A stretch of DNA of 64,000 nt, taken from the IMG/VR virus record IMGVR_UViG_3300011116_001007; one strand, written 5' to 3'. Below the pieces are notes generated by a model. It worked only from the letters and a program-made list of their open reading frames with translations. It made no database searches and had not been told where the DNA came from. The position numbers and the translations under genes were made by a program. The DNA is from a virus. Its lineage: Duplodnaviria; Caudoviricetes. This document shows positions 1 to 9,478 of this stretch, one piece after another (within the stretch, counting starts at the first letter, position 1; each line of letters begins with the position of its first letter).

Positions 1-561
1 CTCTCCGCTGCATGGTAATTTGGCACTCACACTAAATGTAACGTCTCTACAAAAGTCAATATCATCATGATATTTCCATGTATGCAGGTATTGTTTGAAT
101 TCAGTTGTTAGTTTTTGAGTGCCATTTGTCTCAAATGTAATTTCTTTAAGACCTTTCATCTTGGGATGTTTCAGCAAGTCTGGAAATTGTTTCTGCCATC
201 CCAGCAATGGTTCGCCTCCGGTGATAACCAAATGCTCATCGCGCCACTCGCCATGCGGAAGTATTTCTATAATACGTTCTACAATGGCATCTGTAGTCAG
301 CATTGGACTTAGGTCTTTGAAACGTGGATCCCAGCTGGCGTAACTGTCACAGCCTGTGCTTACTAATGGCAATTCATTGTATGTACGAAATTTTGTAGGA
401 TCAATGAATTCTGCTTCATCACTCAATTTTCCGCGTGGCATTCCAAAGCCTGCACATTTAAAGTTGCAGCCAAATGTACGTAAGAACACACTGGGCACAC
501 CCATGTAGCGGCCTTCGCCTTGTATGCTGTAGAATAGTTCTGCTATTTTAATTTTGCTCAT
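1..561 (-). CDS. queE: 7-carboxy-7-deazaguanine synthase QueE (radical SAM), 3' end runs off window
   Basis: Absent from the ORF track; manual translation from ATG 561 gives MSKIKIAELFYSIQGEGRYMGVPSVFLRTFGCNFKCAGF...VITGGEP...FETNGT...SVSAKLP, the QueE signature motifs. Confidence 0.93.
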   Translation of the reverse strand, partial: MSKIKIAELFYSIQGEGRYMGVPSVFLRTFGCNFKCAGFGMPRGKLSDEAEFIDPTKFRTYNELPLVSTGCDSYASWDPRFKDLSPMLTTDAIVERIIEILPHGEWRDEHLVITGGEPLLGWQKQFPDLLKHPKMKGLKEITFETNGTQKLTTEFKQYLHTWKYHDDIDFCRDVTFSVSAKLPCSGE

Positions 562-1265
562 AATCTTGTTACCTTGGTCATTCCTGAGTAGTTTGGATCT
601 TTATTTAGATTGATACTGACTTTGTGCATTTTAACACGAGTTTCAGATTTTGTCACCCATCCTGGTAACACTGCATCTAAGTAAGCCAAATGTTCTTCAG
701 GACTGGGGTGCGGATCAGGTCCGGGTTTGGGCCAGTTGTTTTTAAAAACTGTTTTATCGTATCCGGGTAAAATGCAATCTAGCACATTGCTGTAAAGTCG
801 CATGACATCACGATATTGACTCACATCATCGTCGTCATTGGGTCTTGCCATGAGTTCAACCATGCTTAAAAATTTCCAGTCAACTCCTGGACGTGATTCT
901 AACAATGTTTTAACAGCTTTGATATATGCTAAATCTCGTATTAAAAATCCTCGCTCATCAATATGTGAACGAATATATTCTGGATGATACACCGTTTTGG
1001 CAAAATATGCATTTCCCGGTGTATGCCAGCGATTGTCTACATATCTATCTTCACGATCTATACTGGTCCAACACACAACCACAGTGTCACCTGGACCAAA
1101 AGTATTGCGTTGATCACATTCCATTACTGAATTGAATATGTAGTGATTGCCGCCACCGGCCTGTCCCCAATTTTGTGTGTGATCAAACTCAGGCTCTAAA
1201 CAATCCACCCAAGTAGGCCAACGATAGTTGGTAAAACTACAACCAAATGCAAATAATCGGCTCAT
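558..1265 (-). CDS. SGNH/GDSL-like hypothetical protein
   Basis: FAFGCSFT block I and NWGQAGGGN block II; start at 1265 overlaps the upstream stop (ATGA). Confidence 0.55.
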   Translation of the reverse strand: MSRLFAFGCSFTNYRWPTWVDCLEPEFDHTQNWGQAGGGNHYIFNSVMECDQRNTFGPGDTVVVCWTSIDREDRYVDNRWHTPGNAYFAKTVYHPEYIRSHIDERGFLIRDLAYIKAVKTLLESRPGVDWKFLSMVELMARPNDDDDVSQYRDVMRLYSNVLDCILPGYDKTVFKNNWPKPGPDPHPSPEEHLAYLDAVLPGWVTKSETRVKMHKVSINLNKDPNYSGMTKVTRL

Positions 1266-2044
1266 GTTTTCCGAGCTTTGACCAGAAGGTGCCACCCAAG
1301 ATATTCTTTGATGGCATCTCGCATGTCAGCCGGCATGGCCTCAAACCAAGGTTCCAATTCATATCTACCTTGTTTGTAAGCCGGCACATCGTACATGAAA
1401 CAATGTGCCTGGCGCAAACGCTCAATATGAAAACGGTCGCCCAACAATGCATACACTTCTTCATTGGTGTAGGCCTTGGCATACGGGCAACCATTTTGTG
1501 CTTCAAATTGATCGAGACCTTTACGAATCATGCTGTACTTCCAGCTGTTTTTGGCGTATACCAAAAATCTAAATTCGCCGTGAGGCACCAACACGTCATA
1601 TGCATTTTGTATCATATCATCAATCCGTGGAAAGTGATGCATGACTCCGCAACTGTAAACCAAATCAAACTGGCCCAGGCCTTGGTATACCGCAGCATCA
1701 CTGGCATCGCCGCACACAAAGTTTCCATCCAGCCCTTCAACTTTGAATCGTTCTTGAGCTAATTTTACCGTGCGCGGGCTAATGTCAATAGCAGTATAAT
1801 CTGCACCGTATCGGGCAAATTCAGCAGCATCTGTTCCTATGCCACAGCCAATCTCTAACACACGTTTGCCTTGCCAAAGATGAAAGCTGGCAAATTCTCT
1901 TATGTGTGACTCCACTCGATATCTGCGTTCAGATACCTGTTGATAAAATTCCAATGTTCCTACTTCGCTGGTGCCATGTAAAATATTACAAGGTTGATTG
2001 TCCCAGTAGCGTATGATACGCTGTTCAAGTGTTTGGTCGTTCAT
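1262..2044 (-). CDS. Class I SAM-dependent methyltransferase
   Basis: VLEIGCGIGTD motif I, AIDIS, FDLVYSCGVMHH. Confidence 0.88.
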   Translation of the reverse strand: MNDQTLEQRIIRYWDNQPCNILHGTSEVGTLEFYQQVSERRYRVESHIREFASFHLWQGKRVLEIGCGIGTDAAEFARYGADYTAIDISPRTVKLAQERFKVEGLDGNFVCGDASDAAVYQGLGQFDLVYSCGVMHHFPRIDDMIQNAYDVLVPHGEFRFLVYAKNSWKYSMIRKGLDQFEAQNGCPYAKAYTNEEVYALLGDRFHIERLRQAHCFMYDVPAYKQGRYELEPWFEAMPADMRDAIKEYLGWHLLVKARKT

Positions 2045-2047
2045 TGA

Positions 2048-2893
2048 TTATCCTTCCATGATAGATCGTTTGATCTCCATGCTCCATTGTGATTGTTGAT
2101 GATTTACGTCATTGATCTTGAGTTTTTCCCAGGGGTCTTGTGTGCCTCTAAGTACGTTTTTAAAAAACTCAGTGCTCATTCCTATACTTTCCATGTATGC
2201 AGCAATTTTCCTACAATCGCTATATCGTAGTTCTATCACATCCGCGTATAAAAAATCTCTAGGGTCTTTGGGATTGCCTTCCAGCATGGGTCTGTTGTTG
2301 AAAGTAGCGTCTTGATTTTTTCCAGTGAGATCGTAACGTTCATGTGCCACATCAACAGGTATGCGTTCAAACACATCTAGTATGTAGGCCTGTTGACTCA
2401 GCCATGCATCAGAAATTTGATGCGGGCAAAGATATCCCAACAATTCCAGCCACTTGCGTGGCACAATGGGAAAAATACTGTAAGGATGTAAATTGTGTGT
2501 GCAGAATGCCAACAGTTTGAATTTACCTTCATGTTTCATAATTTCACTATCCCATGCAGGCGTCTGCATCACAGCATCGTCATTCCAAATGATATACCAA
2601 CGAGATTTGACCATGCGTGCCATTGCATTCACATATTCGTTCAGTCGAATATACCCCATGGGTTCAAATTTCATTGCGGTGTAGTTGGCTTTGATAGAAT
2701 CCAACCAGGGTTTCAAACTGGTATAAAAATAGTCTGTGCCCACAGCATCGTCCTGATCAAAACCCAGCATTAAGTATATTGACTTTGGGTCAGCTGCATT
2801 GTCGTACAGTGATTGTACACTTCGTCTCAGTGCAGTAGTACGCCCTCGTGTGGGCAACAGCACACTGATATCATACTTGAATTCAGTATCCAT
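2048..2893 (-). CDS. GT-A fold (GT2-like) glycosyltransferase, paralog 1
   Basis: ISVLLPTRGR start, IWNDDA DxD-like motif; start moved to ATG 2893 behind a GAGAG SD. Confidence 0.7.
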   Translation of the reverse strand: MDTEFKYDISVLLPTRGRTTALRRSVQSLYDNAADPKSIYLMLGFDQDDAVGTDYFYTSLKPWLDSIKANYTAMKFEPMGYIRLNEYVNAMARMVKSRWYIIWNDDAVMQTPAWDSEIMKHEGKFKLLAFCTHNLHPYSIFPIVPRKWLELLGYLCPHQISDAWLSQQAYILDVFERIPVDVAHERYDLTGKNQDATFNNRPMLEGNPKDPRDFLYADVIELRYSDCRKIAAYMESIGMSTEFFKNVLRGTQDPWEKLKINDVNHQQSQWSMEIKRSIMEG

Positions 2894-2920
2894 AAATTCT
2901 CTCACAATTATTTTATACAG

Positions 2921-4921
2921 TTAATACGTTTTTTTAATAGAAAAAGTACCTTGTGCTTTGGCAGCACCAGCACCGCGATGTGTACCTTTGAGATTTTCAA
3001 CTCCTACCAAATCCACTGTGGCTTTGCCAAAATTTCTGCGTCTTGCAAAATAAAACAACTCCAAAAATCGATTGCGGCTCATGGTTTTGTCTTCTGGAAA
3101 GTCCAAGCGATATGTTGTGGCAGTCTTCTGTAGAGCTTGGTTGAAACTCAAATAATCCCAAATATTATAGTCCAATTCAAGATTCATTGGATATTGATTT
3201 CTGTCGTTGTATTTGATGTAGTAACCTCTTTGCAGCTTCATCAAACTGGCCAACAAATCTTTGGGTAAGTCGTAACGTTGTAAAAATATTTCCAAGAAAT
3301 CATACAGTTCATCCACACGATCTTCTTGATGCATGTTCATACTGGTTCTATGAATGATATTCCAACCGTGTATCTCCACACCAATCTTGGGATGGTTAAT
3401 TCGACCAGTGGTCATCCAGTTGGAGAAATATTGCCTTGCCTCAGCTTCTTCCTTTTTTAACCAATCGTTGGTCAGAAAGTACGCAAATAAATCTTCATAG
3501 TAGTCGTTGTAACTTAGGCCTTTGTACTTGTTGATGAATCTAGCAACCAGAGTAGCAAATCCATTGATATGGAATGTGGTCTGGAACCACGAAAAGATCT
3601 GTGCATCCAACATCACTGGGGTAGGCATATCTTTGGTGCCTGTTATGACATCAATGCTTTCTTCAATGTGTTCCACACTGTAACTGCCGGCAAAGTAATC
3701 AGTAACAGGTTGACTGGTGATCTTGAACAGTTTCTTTTGCAACAAGTTCATTTCGGCGTTTTCCAACAACTGTGCCTGGAACACAGTGATACCAGTGTGC
3801 TGATTCAAATCATACAATGCATAGAAGTTTTTCTTCCATGATTCCAGTGACTCTCCGGGCAAACCAAGTATGAGTTCTGTGTAGGCAGGAATGTTGCGCT
3901 GGTCGCACAGCTCAAACACTTCTTCTAACTTGTTCATCTCCATGTTTTTTCGACGAATGTTTTCCAGCACATCCAAATCTAAACTTTGTACACTCAGTGT
4001 CAGGCCTTGGTTGAAGCCACGTGCGTCCAACAATTTCTTCACAATGTCTATGACTTCTTTCTTTTGATTTTTAGCCCAGGCCACACTGAATGTTCTCGGA
4101 GATCCGTACTTTTCTTGCATCTCAATGATCTTGTCTGCAATCATGCCATCACGTTCGGGGAACATACCAAAGTTGGCATCTGTAATTGAGATCCAGTCAA
4201 AGTTGTGTTTGGCCATCCATTCCAGTTCCTCAAACACACGTTCTAGTTCGAACTTCTTGACCTTGTTATAGGTCAGACTGCCCCAGTCACAAAATGTGCA
4301 AGCAAATGGGCATCCACGATTGGTTTCCAAAGTACCTTGCCATGTCACGTCAGGATGTTCGGCTATCATTTGATCAAAGATGCCTGCCAAGTACGGACTT
4401 GGCACTTCTTCTAATGATTCAATGCGTTTGGCATCTTGTGTCTTTACTGCTCGACCATCTCTGTTGATCAACACACCGGATACATTTTCCCAATCTTTGG
4501 TTTCAAAATGCTGTAGCACATTTTTGAAAGTTATTTCTCCTTCGTAGCAGATCACGAGATCTATAAAAGGTTCTTTCACAAACAAGTCAGGATCGGTAAT
4601 TGCAACTTCGGGGCCACCAAACACAGTCAACACAGCAGGATTTATTTCTTTGATTCGTTTGGCCAGTGCATAATTGTACCGATGATTCCATACGTAGGTG
4701 CTGAAAGTCACAATTTGATTTTGTGCTAGACGCTGTGCCAATGGTTCTATGGCATCTCTGCGCCAGATCCAATCAGTGGCTTCAAATCGTTCGCGGATCT
4801 CTGGGTCAGCTAGACTGTAACTCCATACTACACCAGCTGAGTAGGGCAGGTAATACGCATTGAACTCTTTGGGACCTTGTTGGAAATTGGGTTGGACCCA
4901 GGCAATTTTATGTTTCATCAT
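2921..4921 (-). CDS. Cobalamin-binding (class B) radical SAM protein
   Basis: N-terminal B12-binding-like domain (FSTYVWN...VFGGPE), RGCPFACTFC CxxxCxxC motif, ELILGLPGES. Confidence 0.88.
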   Translation of the reverse strand: MMKHKIAWVQPNFQQGPKEFNAYYLPYSAGVVWSYSLADPEIRERFEATDWIWRRDAIEPLAQRLAQNQIVTFSTYVWNHRYNYALAKRIKEINPAVLTVFGGPEVAITDPDLFVKEPFIDLVICYEGEITFKNVLQHFETKDWENVSGVLINRDGRAVKTQDAKRIESLEEVPSPYLAGIFDQMIAEHPDVTWQGTLETNRGCPFACTFCDWGSLTYNKVKKFELERVFEELEWMAKHNFDWISITDANFGMFPERDGMIADKIIEMQEKYGSPRTFSVAWAKNQKKEVIDIVKKLLDARGFNQGLTLSVQSLDLDVLENIRRKNMEMNKLEEVFELCDQRNIPAYTELILGLPGESLESWKKNFYALYDLNQHTGITVFQAQLLENAEMNLLQKKLFKITSQPVTDYFAGSYSVEHIEESIDVITGTKDMPTPVMLDAQIFSWFQTTFHINGFATLVARFINKYKGLSYNDYYEDLFAYFLTNDWLKKEEAEARQYFSNWMTTGRINHPKIGVEIHGWNIIHRTSMNMHQEDRVDELYDFLEIFLQRYDLPKDLLASLMKLQRGYYIKYNDRNQYPMNLELDYNIWDYLSFNQALQKTATTYRLDFPEDKTMSRNRFLELFYFARRRNFGKATVDLVGVENLKGTHRGAGAAKAQGTFSIKKTY

Positions 4922-5778
4922 GTACTTATTGATTCTGCAGTCGCCGGTTTGCCAAAGTGTGGATTGTTAAATTGTTTCATTTGATTGTTAGGGTCGTTTT
5001 CTAGCAGTCGCTGCCACGGCTCTTGAGTACCTTTAAACACATTTTCGAAATATTCAGTACTCTGCCCATGCTCTTGCATGTACATGGCCAATTTGGCACA
5101 GTCACCTTGACGTATTTGAAGATTTGGTAAACTATGGAAATCATTTGGATCCAGTGGTTTGCCTTCTAAAATATGTCGGTCCAAGAAAGTGGCATCCCCG
5201 TTGTTGCCAGTAAGATCAAATCGATCGTGTAACACATCAACTGGAATTCTGTGATAGATATCCAACAGGTATGCTTGTTGACTCACCCACCCATCTTGTG
5301 TGCTGTGCGGAGAGATATAACCCAACAAATCAAACCAAGCACGAGGTATAGTGGGAAAGATGCTGTAAGGATGCATGTTATGAGTACAGAAGCCCAACAA
5401 TTTCAAATGCGGATCTGTGTAGCTCATGATCACACTGTCCCATCCTTTGGTTTGCATCACAGCATCATCATTCCAGATCATCAACCATTCGCTGTCAGAC
5501 AGCTTGGCCAATGCATTGTTGTATTTGTGCAGATTCACATAGCCTAACCGATCAAACCGCATGGCCACGTAGGTGACTGATTGAGAATCTAACCAAGGCT
5601 GCAATGTTTCTTTAAAAAAACTTGTGCCTATTTCATCGTCCTTGTCAAATGCAAACATCAATTGCAATTTTTTAGGATCATCTGCCAGTTCTACTAGACT
5701 GCGTATGCTGCGGTCTAGACTGGCAGTGCGGCCACGAGTGGCCAATAGCATGGCTATGTTATAACGATGTTCAGTCAT
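4918..5778 (-). CDS. GT-A fold (GT2-like) glycosyltransferase, paralog 2
   Basis: LLATRGR, IWNDDAVMQT, HPYSIFP blocks shared with 2048-2893. Confidence 0.7.
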   Translation of the reverse strand: MTEHRYNIAMLLATRGRTASLDRSIRSLVELADDPKKLQLMFAFDKDDEIGTSFFKETLQPWLDSQSVTYVAMRFDRLGYVNLHKYNNALAKLSDSEWLMIWNDDAVMQTKGWDSVIMSYTDPHLKLLGFCTHNMHPYSIFPTIPRAWFDLLGYISPHSTQDGWVSQQAYLLDIYHRIPVDVLHDRFDLTGNNGDATFLDRHILEGKPLDPNDFHSLPNLQIRQGDCAKLAMYMQEHGQSTEYFENVFKGTQEPWQRLLENDPNNQMKQFNNPHFGKPATAESIST

Positions 5779-6253
5779 TGAATTCATGGTCCTCTCTGTG
5801 TCCTTGACGTCCTGCCATGTTTGAATCTGTTTCACGAACTTCTACTCTGGTACACCACACACGTCGGGCTTCTTCGCTGCCGCAGTTGGGCAAGAAGATA
5901 GTGTTAATGTATTCATACAAAAAGTCAGCAATGCCTTCACAACCAGTGCGTTCTACTTCAGTAATCTTGGCCAGTTTCAAGCGACCCAGTTCCAACAGGT
6001 GCTCACGCATGGGATCATCTTGTGCCACTAACAAAGTATGGTCAAACCATTCTTCTAGTTTTTCTTTGAGCGGTTTCAGTCCACCAAAGTCAGTGACCCA
6101 GTTACGTGCGTCCAGGGTGTCTGCTTCAAATTCGAAGTGAAAGCTCATTGCGTAACCATGTATGAGATTGCAATGACTATCCGCACGCCATTGACGATAG
6201 GCCACAGGGCCAATTTGCCTGTAAGTTTTTGTTGAAAAATATTTCTTTGCCAT
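5771..6253 (-). CDS. queD: 6-carboxy-5,6,7,8-tetrahydropterin synthase QueD
   Basis: CNLIHGY (CxxxHGH-like), DFGGLK, FDHTLL, EVRET T-fold motifs; deazaguanine gene context. Confidence 0.9.
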   Translation of the reverse strand: MAKKYFSTKTYRQIGPVAYRQWRADSHCNLIHGYAMSFHFEFEADTLDARNWVTDFGGLKPLKEKLEEWFDHTLLVAQDDPMREHLLELGRLKLAKITEVERTGCEGIADFLYEYINTIFLPNCGSEEARRVWCTRVEVRETDSNMAGRQGHREDHEFND

Positions 6254-6330
6254 GATTTTCTCCTATGTTAGATTATAGCATAGGCGGCGGAGTTTGTATA
6301 GCGGGACGATGCCGATAGGCCGCTGTATGG
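6254..6330 (-). promoter_or_regulatory. Structured 5' leader of queD (riboswitch candidate)
   Basis: GC-rich stem AGCGG/CCGCU and SD-sequestering stem CCUAUG/CAUAGG; ATAAATA late-promoter motif just upstream (6332-6338). Confidence 0.5.
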
Positions 6331-6334
6331 ATAT

Positions 6335-6727
6335 TTATGCTGGCTGTTTATAGCCATCTGTTTTGTAGTTGGCCTGCCCAGGTATGACCCCACGCACACC
6401 ACCTATTGGATCAGTACAATCACCGTGCCGCCGAGGGATCAAATGTATGTGTGGATACATCACAGTCTGACCAGCAGCGGTGCCAGAATTAAAACCAATA
6501 TTGTATCCATCATATTCTCCCTGTCTCACCATTCTTTCGCCATATCGTAATGCACTTTCAAATGCATCATTGATCACTGTGAGAGTATTGTAGTTTGGTA
6601 CGAACAGCAAATGTCCCGGTGCGACTGGATAACGATCTTGAAACACGGTGACGTGAAAATCACTGAGGTCTTTAAGATGTTGATCCCACGGTGCTATGCC
6701 TGTTTGTTGTGCTTCTGCTAAATCCAT
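6335..6727 (-). CDS. HIT family nucleotide hydrolase
   Basis: YPVAPGHLLFVP and GQTVMYPHIHLIPR histidine-triad motif. Confidence 0.9.
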   Translation of the reverse strand: MDLAEAQQTGIAPWDQHLKDLSDFHVTVFQDRYPVAPGHLLFVPNYNTLTVINDAFESALRYGERMVRQGEYDGYNIGFNSGTAAGQTVMYPHIHLIPRRHGDCTDPIGGVRGVIPGQANYKTDGYKQPA

Positions 6728-8007
6728 TATAAATCTTTCGTATAAAAAGTGTATTGACCCAGGATGAGATTTTCGTACATTAGCACTTTGTAACTATTGT
6801 TACGGGTTTTGTACAATGTCAAATATTGCATTGATAAATCAGTTGATGTTTTACTAAATGATACAGTATCTTGCTTCCATAATATTGCTGCTGGCGCAGC
6901 CTTACCATCGCCAACGATTAGAGATATTTTTGAACCAGCATCAACCACACGAGAATACATTGCAAAAGCAAAATCATTTGTTTGTGAAGGAAAGTATGTG
7001 TTGGTTTGATCAACAAAGTTAAAATTGCCCTGATTGACCAACACCGTAAATTTACCAGTTGGAGTTGTGGATCTAAAATTGCCATTGTCAAGCAATACCA
7101 CATCCTGGTCACCATCTTTATCTATGTCAACAATCACTACACTAACTATATCGTGAGTGAGATTCATATTGTCTCGTTCTTCACTGCCGGGTAATCCACG
7201 AGTGGTAATATAATTCATGTTTGAATCAAACACTCTCACATAAGCACTGTAATTCCCTTCGGTGGCAACATCGGTTGTGATAATACCAATGTTTCCGGTA
7301 GTTGAATCTTTGACAATGCTGCATGCACCGGCGCTGCTGATGGGTGTGTTGGTAAGCGAGTGATTTACCGTGAATGACCTTGACCCGTTGTTTACCAAAA
7401 TGGTATTGGGGCTGGTTCCATTTGCGCCCATCACAATATCTTTGCGGCCAGTGCCTCGCAAATCTCCTGCACATGCTGCATGTGCCCATACAGATTCTGT
7501 AAAGTCCTGTCGAGTCCATGTTGATCCATTGTTCCAAAACATCACACTGGTGGCCGACCGGCTGGGCACATCCTGAAACCCACCAACAAAAATATCCGGT
7601 CGGCCATCATTATCAAAATCCTCAATGAGAATTCGTTGTGCGCCAGCAATCATATTATTTGATCCCAGCAGTGCATCCGTGCGATCTAATAACGTGCCAT
7701 TTTCTTGTTGTATGAGAATTTTTACAGGCACGTTAGCATTACGAACACCAGACCAACCTGCAGGCATCACCGCCCATCCAGTGACCACAACATCCTCTAA
7801 TCCATCTCCGTTCAAATCAGCCACTGCAACATTGAATGAATGGCTCACACTGTTTTCGTTTTGATAAGCCATCACTTTGTTAGCAGTATTGATCACAGCA
7901 GTTTGGCTAGGCACTGGACTAGGAATTGAGTTATTGCTTGCTGTTCCGTCACCGCCGCCACCACACGCGGATAACAGTATAGTTAACAAAATAAAAATCT
8001 GTTTCAT
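6727..8007 (-). CDS. Lipoprotein with FG-GAP/VCBS repeats (beta-propeller)
   Basis: Signal peptide with lipobox LSAC-GGGG; repeats ADLNGDGLEDVVV, DFDNDGRPDIFV, DIDKDGDQDVVL. Confidence 0.8.
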   Translation of the reverse strand: MKQIFILLTILLSACGGGGDGTASNNSIPSPVPSQTAVINTANKVMAYQNENSVSHSFNVAVADLNGDGLEDVVVTGWAVMPAGWSGVRNANVPVKILIQQENGTLLDRTDALLGSNNMIAGAQRILIEDFDNDGRPDIFVGGFQDVPSRSATSVMFWNNGSTWTRQDFTESVWAHAACAGDLRGTGRKDIVMGANGTSPNTILVNNGSRSFTVNHSLTNTPISSAGACSIVKDSTTGNIGIITTDVATEGNYSAYVRVFDSNMNYITTRGLPGSEERDNMNLTHDIVSVVIVDIDKDGDQDVVLLDNGNFRSTTPTGKFTVLVNQGNFNFVDQTNTYFPSQTNDFAFAMYSRVVDAGSKISLIVGDGKAAPAAILWKQDTVSFSKTSTDLSMQYLTLYKTRNNSYKVLMYENLILGQYTFYTKDL

Positions 8008-8039
8008 AATGTAATCTAAATTGATTAGTGATACTAGAC

Positions 8040-8068
8040 ATTATAACTGAAACATAATTTTGAGTCAA
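8040..8068 (-). promoter_or_regulatory. sigma70 promoter for lipoprotein gene
   Basis: TTGACT-17 bp-TATAAT. Confidence 0.75.
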
Positions 8069-8097
8069 CCTACCAATTTTGTCTCTTTTGAAAAGAT

Positions 8098-8886
8098 TTA
8101 TCTTGGTGCAAATTCTTGTTGTAGTTTGATATTGTCAAAGAACTCTTTCTTTGTGCTTTGATCAGTCTGGAATGCACCTTTGAGCACAGTGGTCTGTGTG
8201 AGACTTGAATGTGCCATGATACCACGATTCTCACAGCAGCCATGAATGGCTTGTACATACACGGCCACATCTTCTGCGTCAGTTGCCTTCATTATTTCTC
8301 TGGCAATGTCGTTGCAGAGTTCTTCCTGCAAAGTACCGCGCCTAGCGCACCACTGAGCAATACGAGTATACTTAGACAACCCAATAAGTTTTTGTGCAGC
8401 GATAATTCCAATGTAGGCAACACCACTAACAGGCTGATGATGGTGACTGCACATACTACGTAACTCGCTACGCACCACCAACATGCCTTCATATCGGTCC
8501 TGCGAATCGTTTGGAAATGCTGTTGCGTCTGGTGCTGGTTCATATCGTCCTGCCATTATCTCGTTGTAATACATCTTGGCCAAACGTCGAGCAGTGCCCT
8601 TACTGTTTGGATCATTTTCACGATCAATCAGCAGTGCGTCCAGCACTTTTTCAAATGCTTCTGCGGCTTCATTGATCAAGTGTTCCTTAGCTGATTCACT
8701 TACGTAGTCTGAGATGTTATCGCCGGCCCAGAATCTCTTGCCATCTGTTTTCATTCGATCGCGCAATGCGGCACTGAGATATTTGCCAGTGGTACCTGGT
8801 TCTTTTTTTACATATAGTTTTTGTTCCATAGGAACGAATTCTTGGTCTTGAGGAGTCAGTAGTGGATCAGGTACAAAGTCGGTCAT
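8098..8886 (-). CDS. folE: GTP cyclohydrolase I
   Basis: SMCSHHHQP, IGLSKYTRI, LQEELC, HGCCENRG motifs. Confidence 0.95.
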   Translation of the reverse strand: MTDFVPDPLLTPQDQEFVPMEQKLYVKKEPGTTGKYLSAALRDRMKTDGKRFWAGDNISDYVSESAKEHLINEAAEAFEKVLDALLIDRENDPNSKGTARRLAKMYYNEIMAGRYEPAPDATAFPNDSQDRYEGMLVVRSELRSMCSHHHQPVSGVAYIGIIAAQKLIGLSKYTRIAQWCARRGTLQEELCNDIAREIMKATDAEDVAVYVQAIHGCCENRGIMAHSSLTQTTVLKGAFQTDQSTKKEFFDNIKLQQEFAPR

Positions 8887-8887
8887 G

Positions 8888-9478
8888 TTATAGTTCGATG
8901 GTTATGGTTCTTAAATCTGGATACGGCACAAACACAGGCTCTTGAGATTGATATTGTTCCAACAATTCCAATCCACGTACTGCATCTTCAATTGAAGGTT
9001 TGTAATGATATCCTATCTGGAAAGTTTTTTGTGACTGCCAGGGCACAGTATTTAGATCGCGACCATCATAACGTTGTTTTATCATGGTATTGTATGCTTT
9101 CTTGTTATCTAACAGTATAGCACCGCCATGGCCTATTTGTAAAGGTTTTGTATGTCCGAAACTCACGCATTGCATCTGTCCAGCTTGATACATGCCAGCT
9201 TCCAAGCGCCTGGCGCTGTCCCATACTCTGGTATACACAAAGTTATATTCGCCTGTCCAAGTTTGTTCAGGTTCGTCCATGTACACATAGTCAATGCCCA
9301 ATTTGTGCATGGTCATTGGTATGCTGAGATAGGTGTAAGGAGTCATTTTAAGACCGCGTACCCGATCATAACGCAAGCACAGTTCAATTGCATGGGTGCA
9401 GCAATCAGTCATGATTGCATAAGGTGCACCAGTGAATTTGGCCAGTGCTTTTTCAAACTCAAAAATTTTATCGAACAT
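8888..9478 (-). CDS. Short DegT/DnrJ/EryC1/StrS-type PLP aminotransferase
   Basis: FEKALAKFTGAPYAIMTDCCTHAI, WDSA, SFGHTK PLP-lysine, GGAIL; only 196 aa. Confidence 0.75.
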   Translation of the reverse strand: MFDKIFEFEKALAKFTGAPYAIMTDCCTHAIELCLRYDRVRGLKMTPYTYLSIPMTMHKLGIDYVYMDEPEQTWTGEYNFVYTRVWDSARRLEAGMYQAGQMQCVSFGHTKPLQIGHGGAILLDNKKAYNTMIKQRYDGRDLNTVPWQSQKTFQIGYHYKPSIEDAVRGLELLEQYQSQEPVFVPYPDLRTITIEL

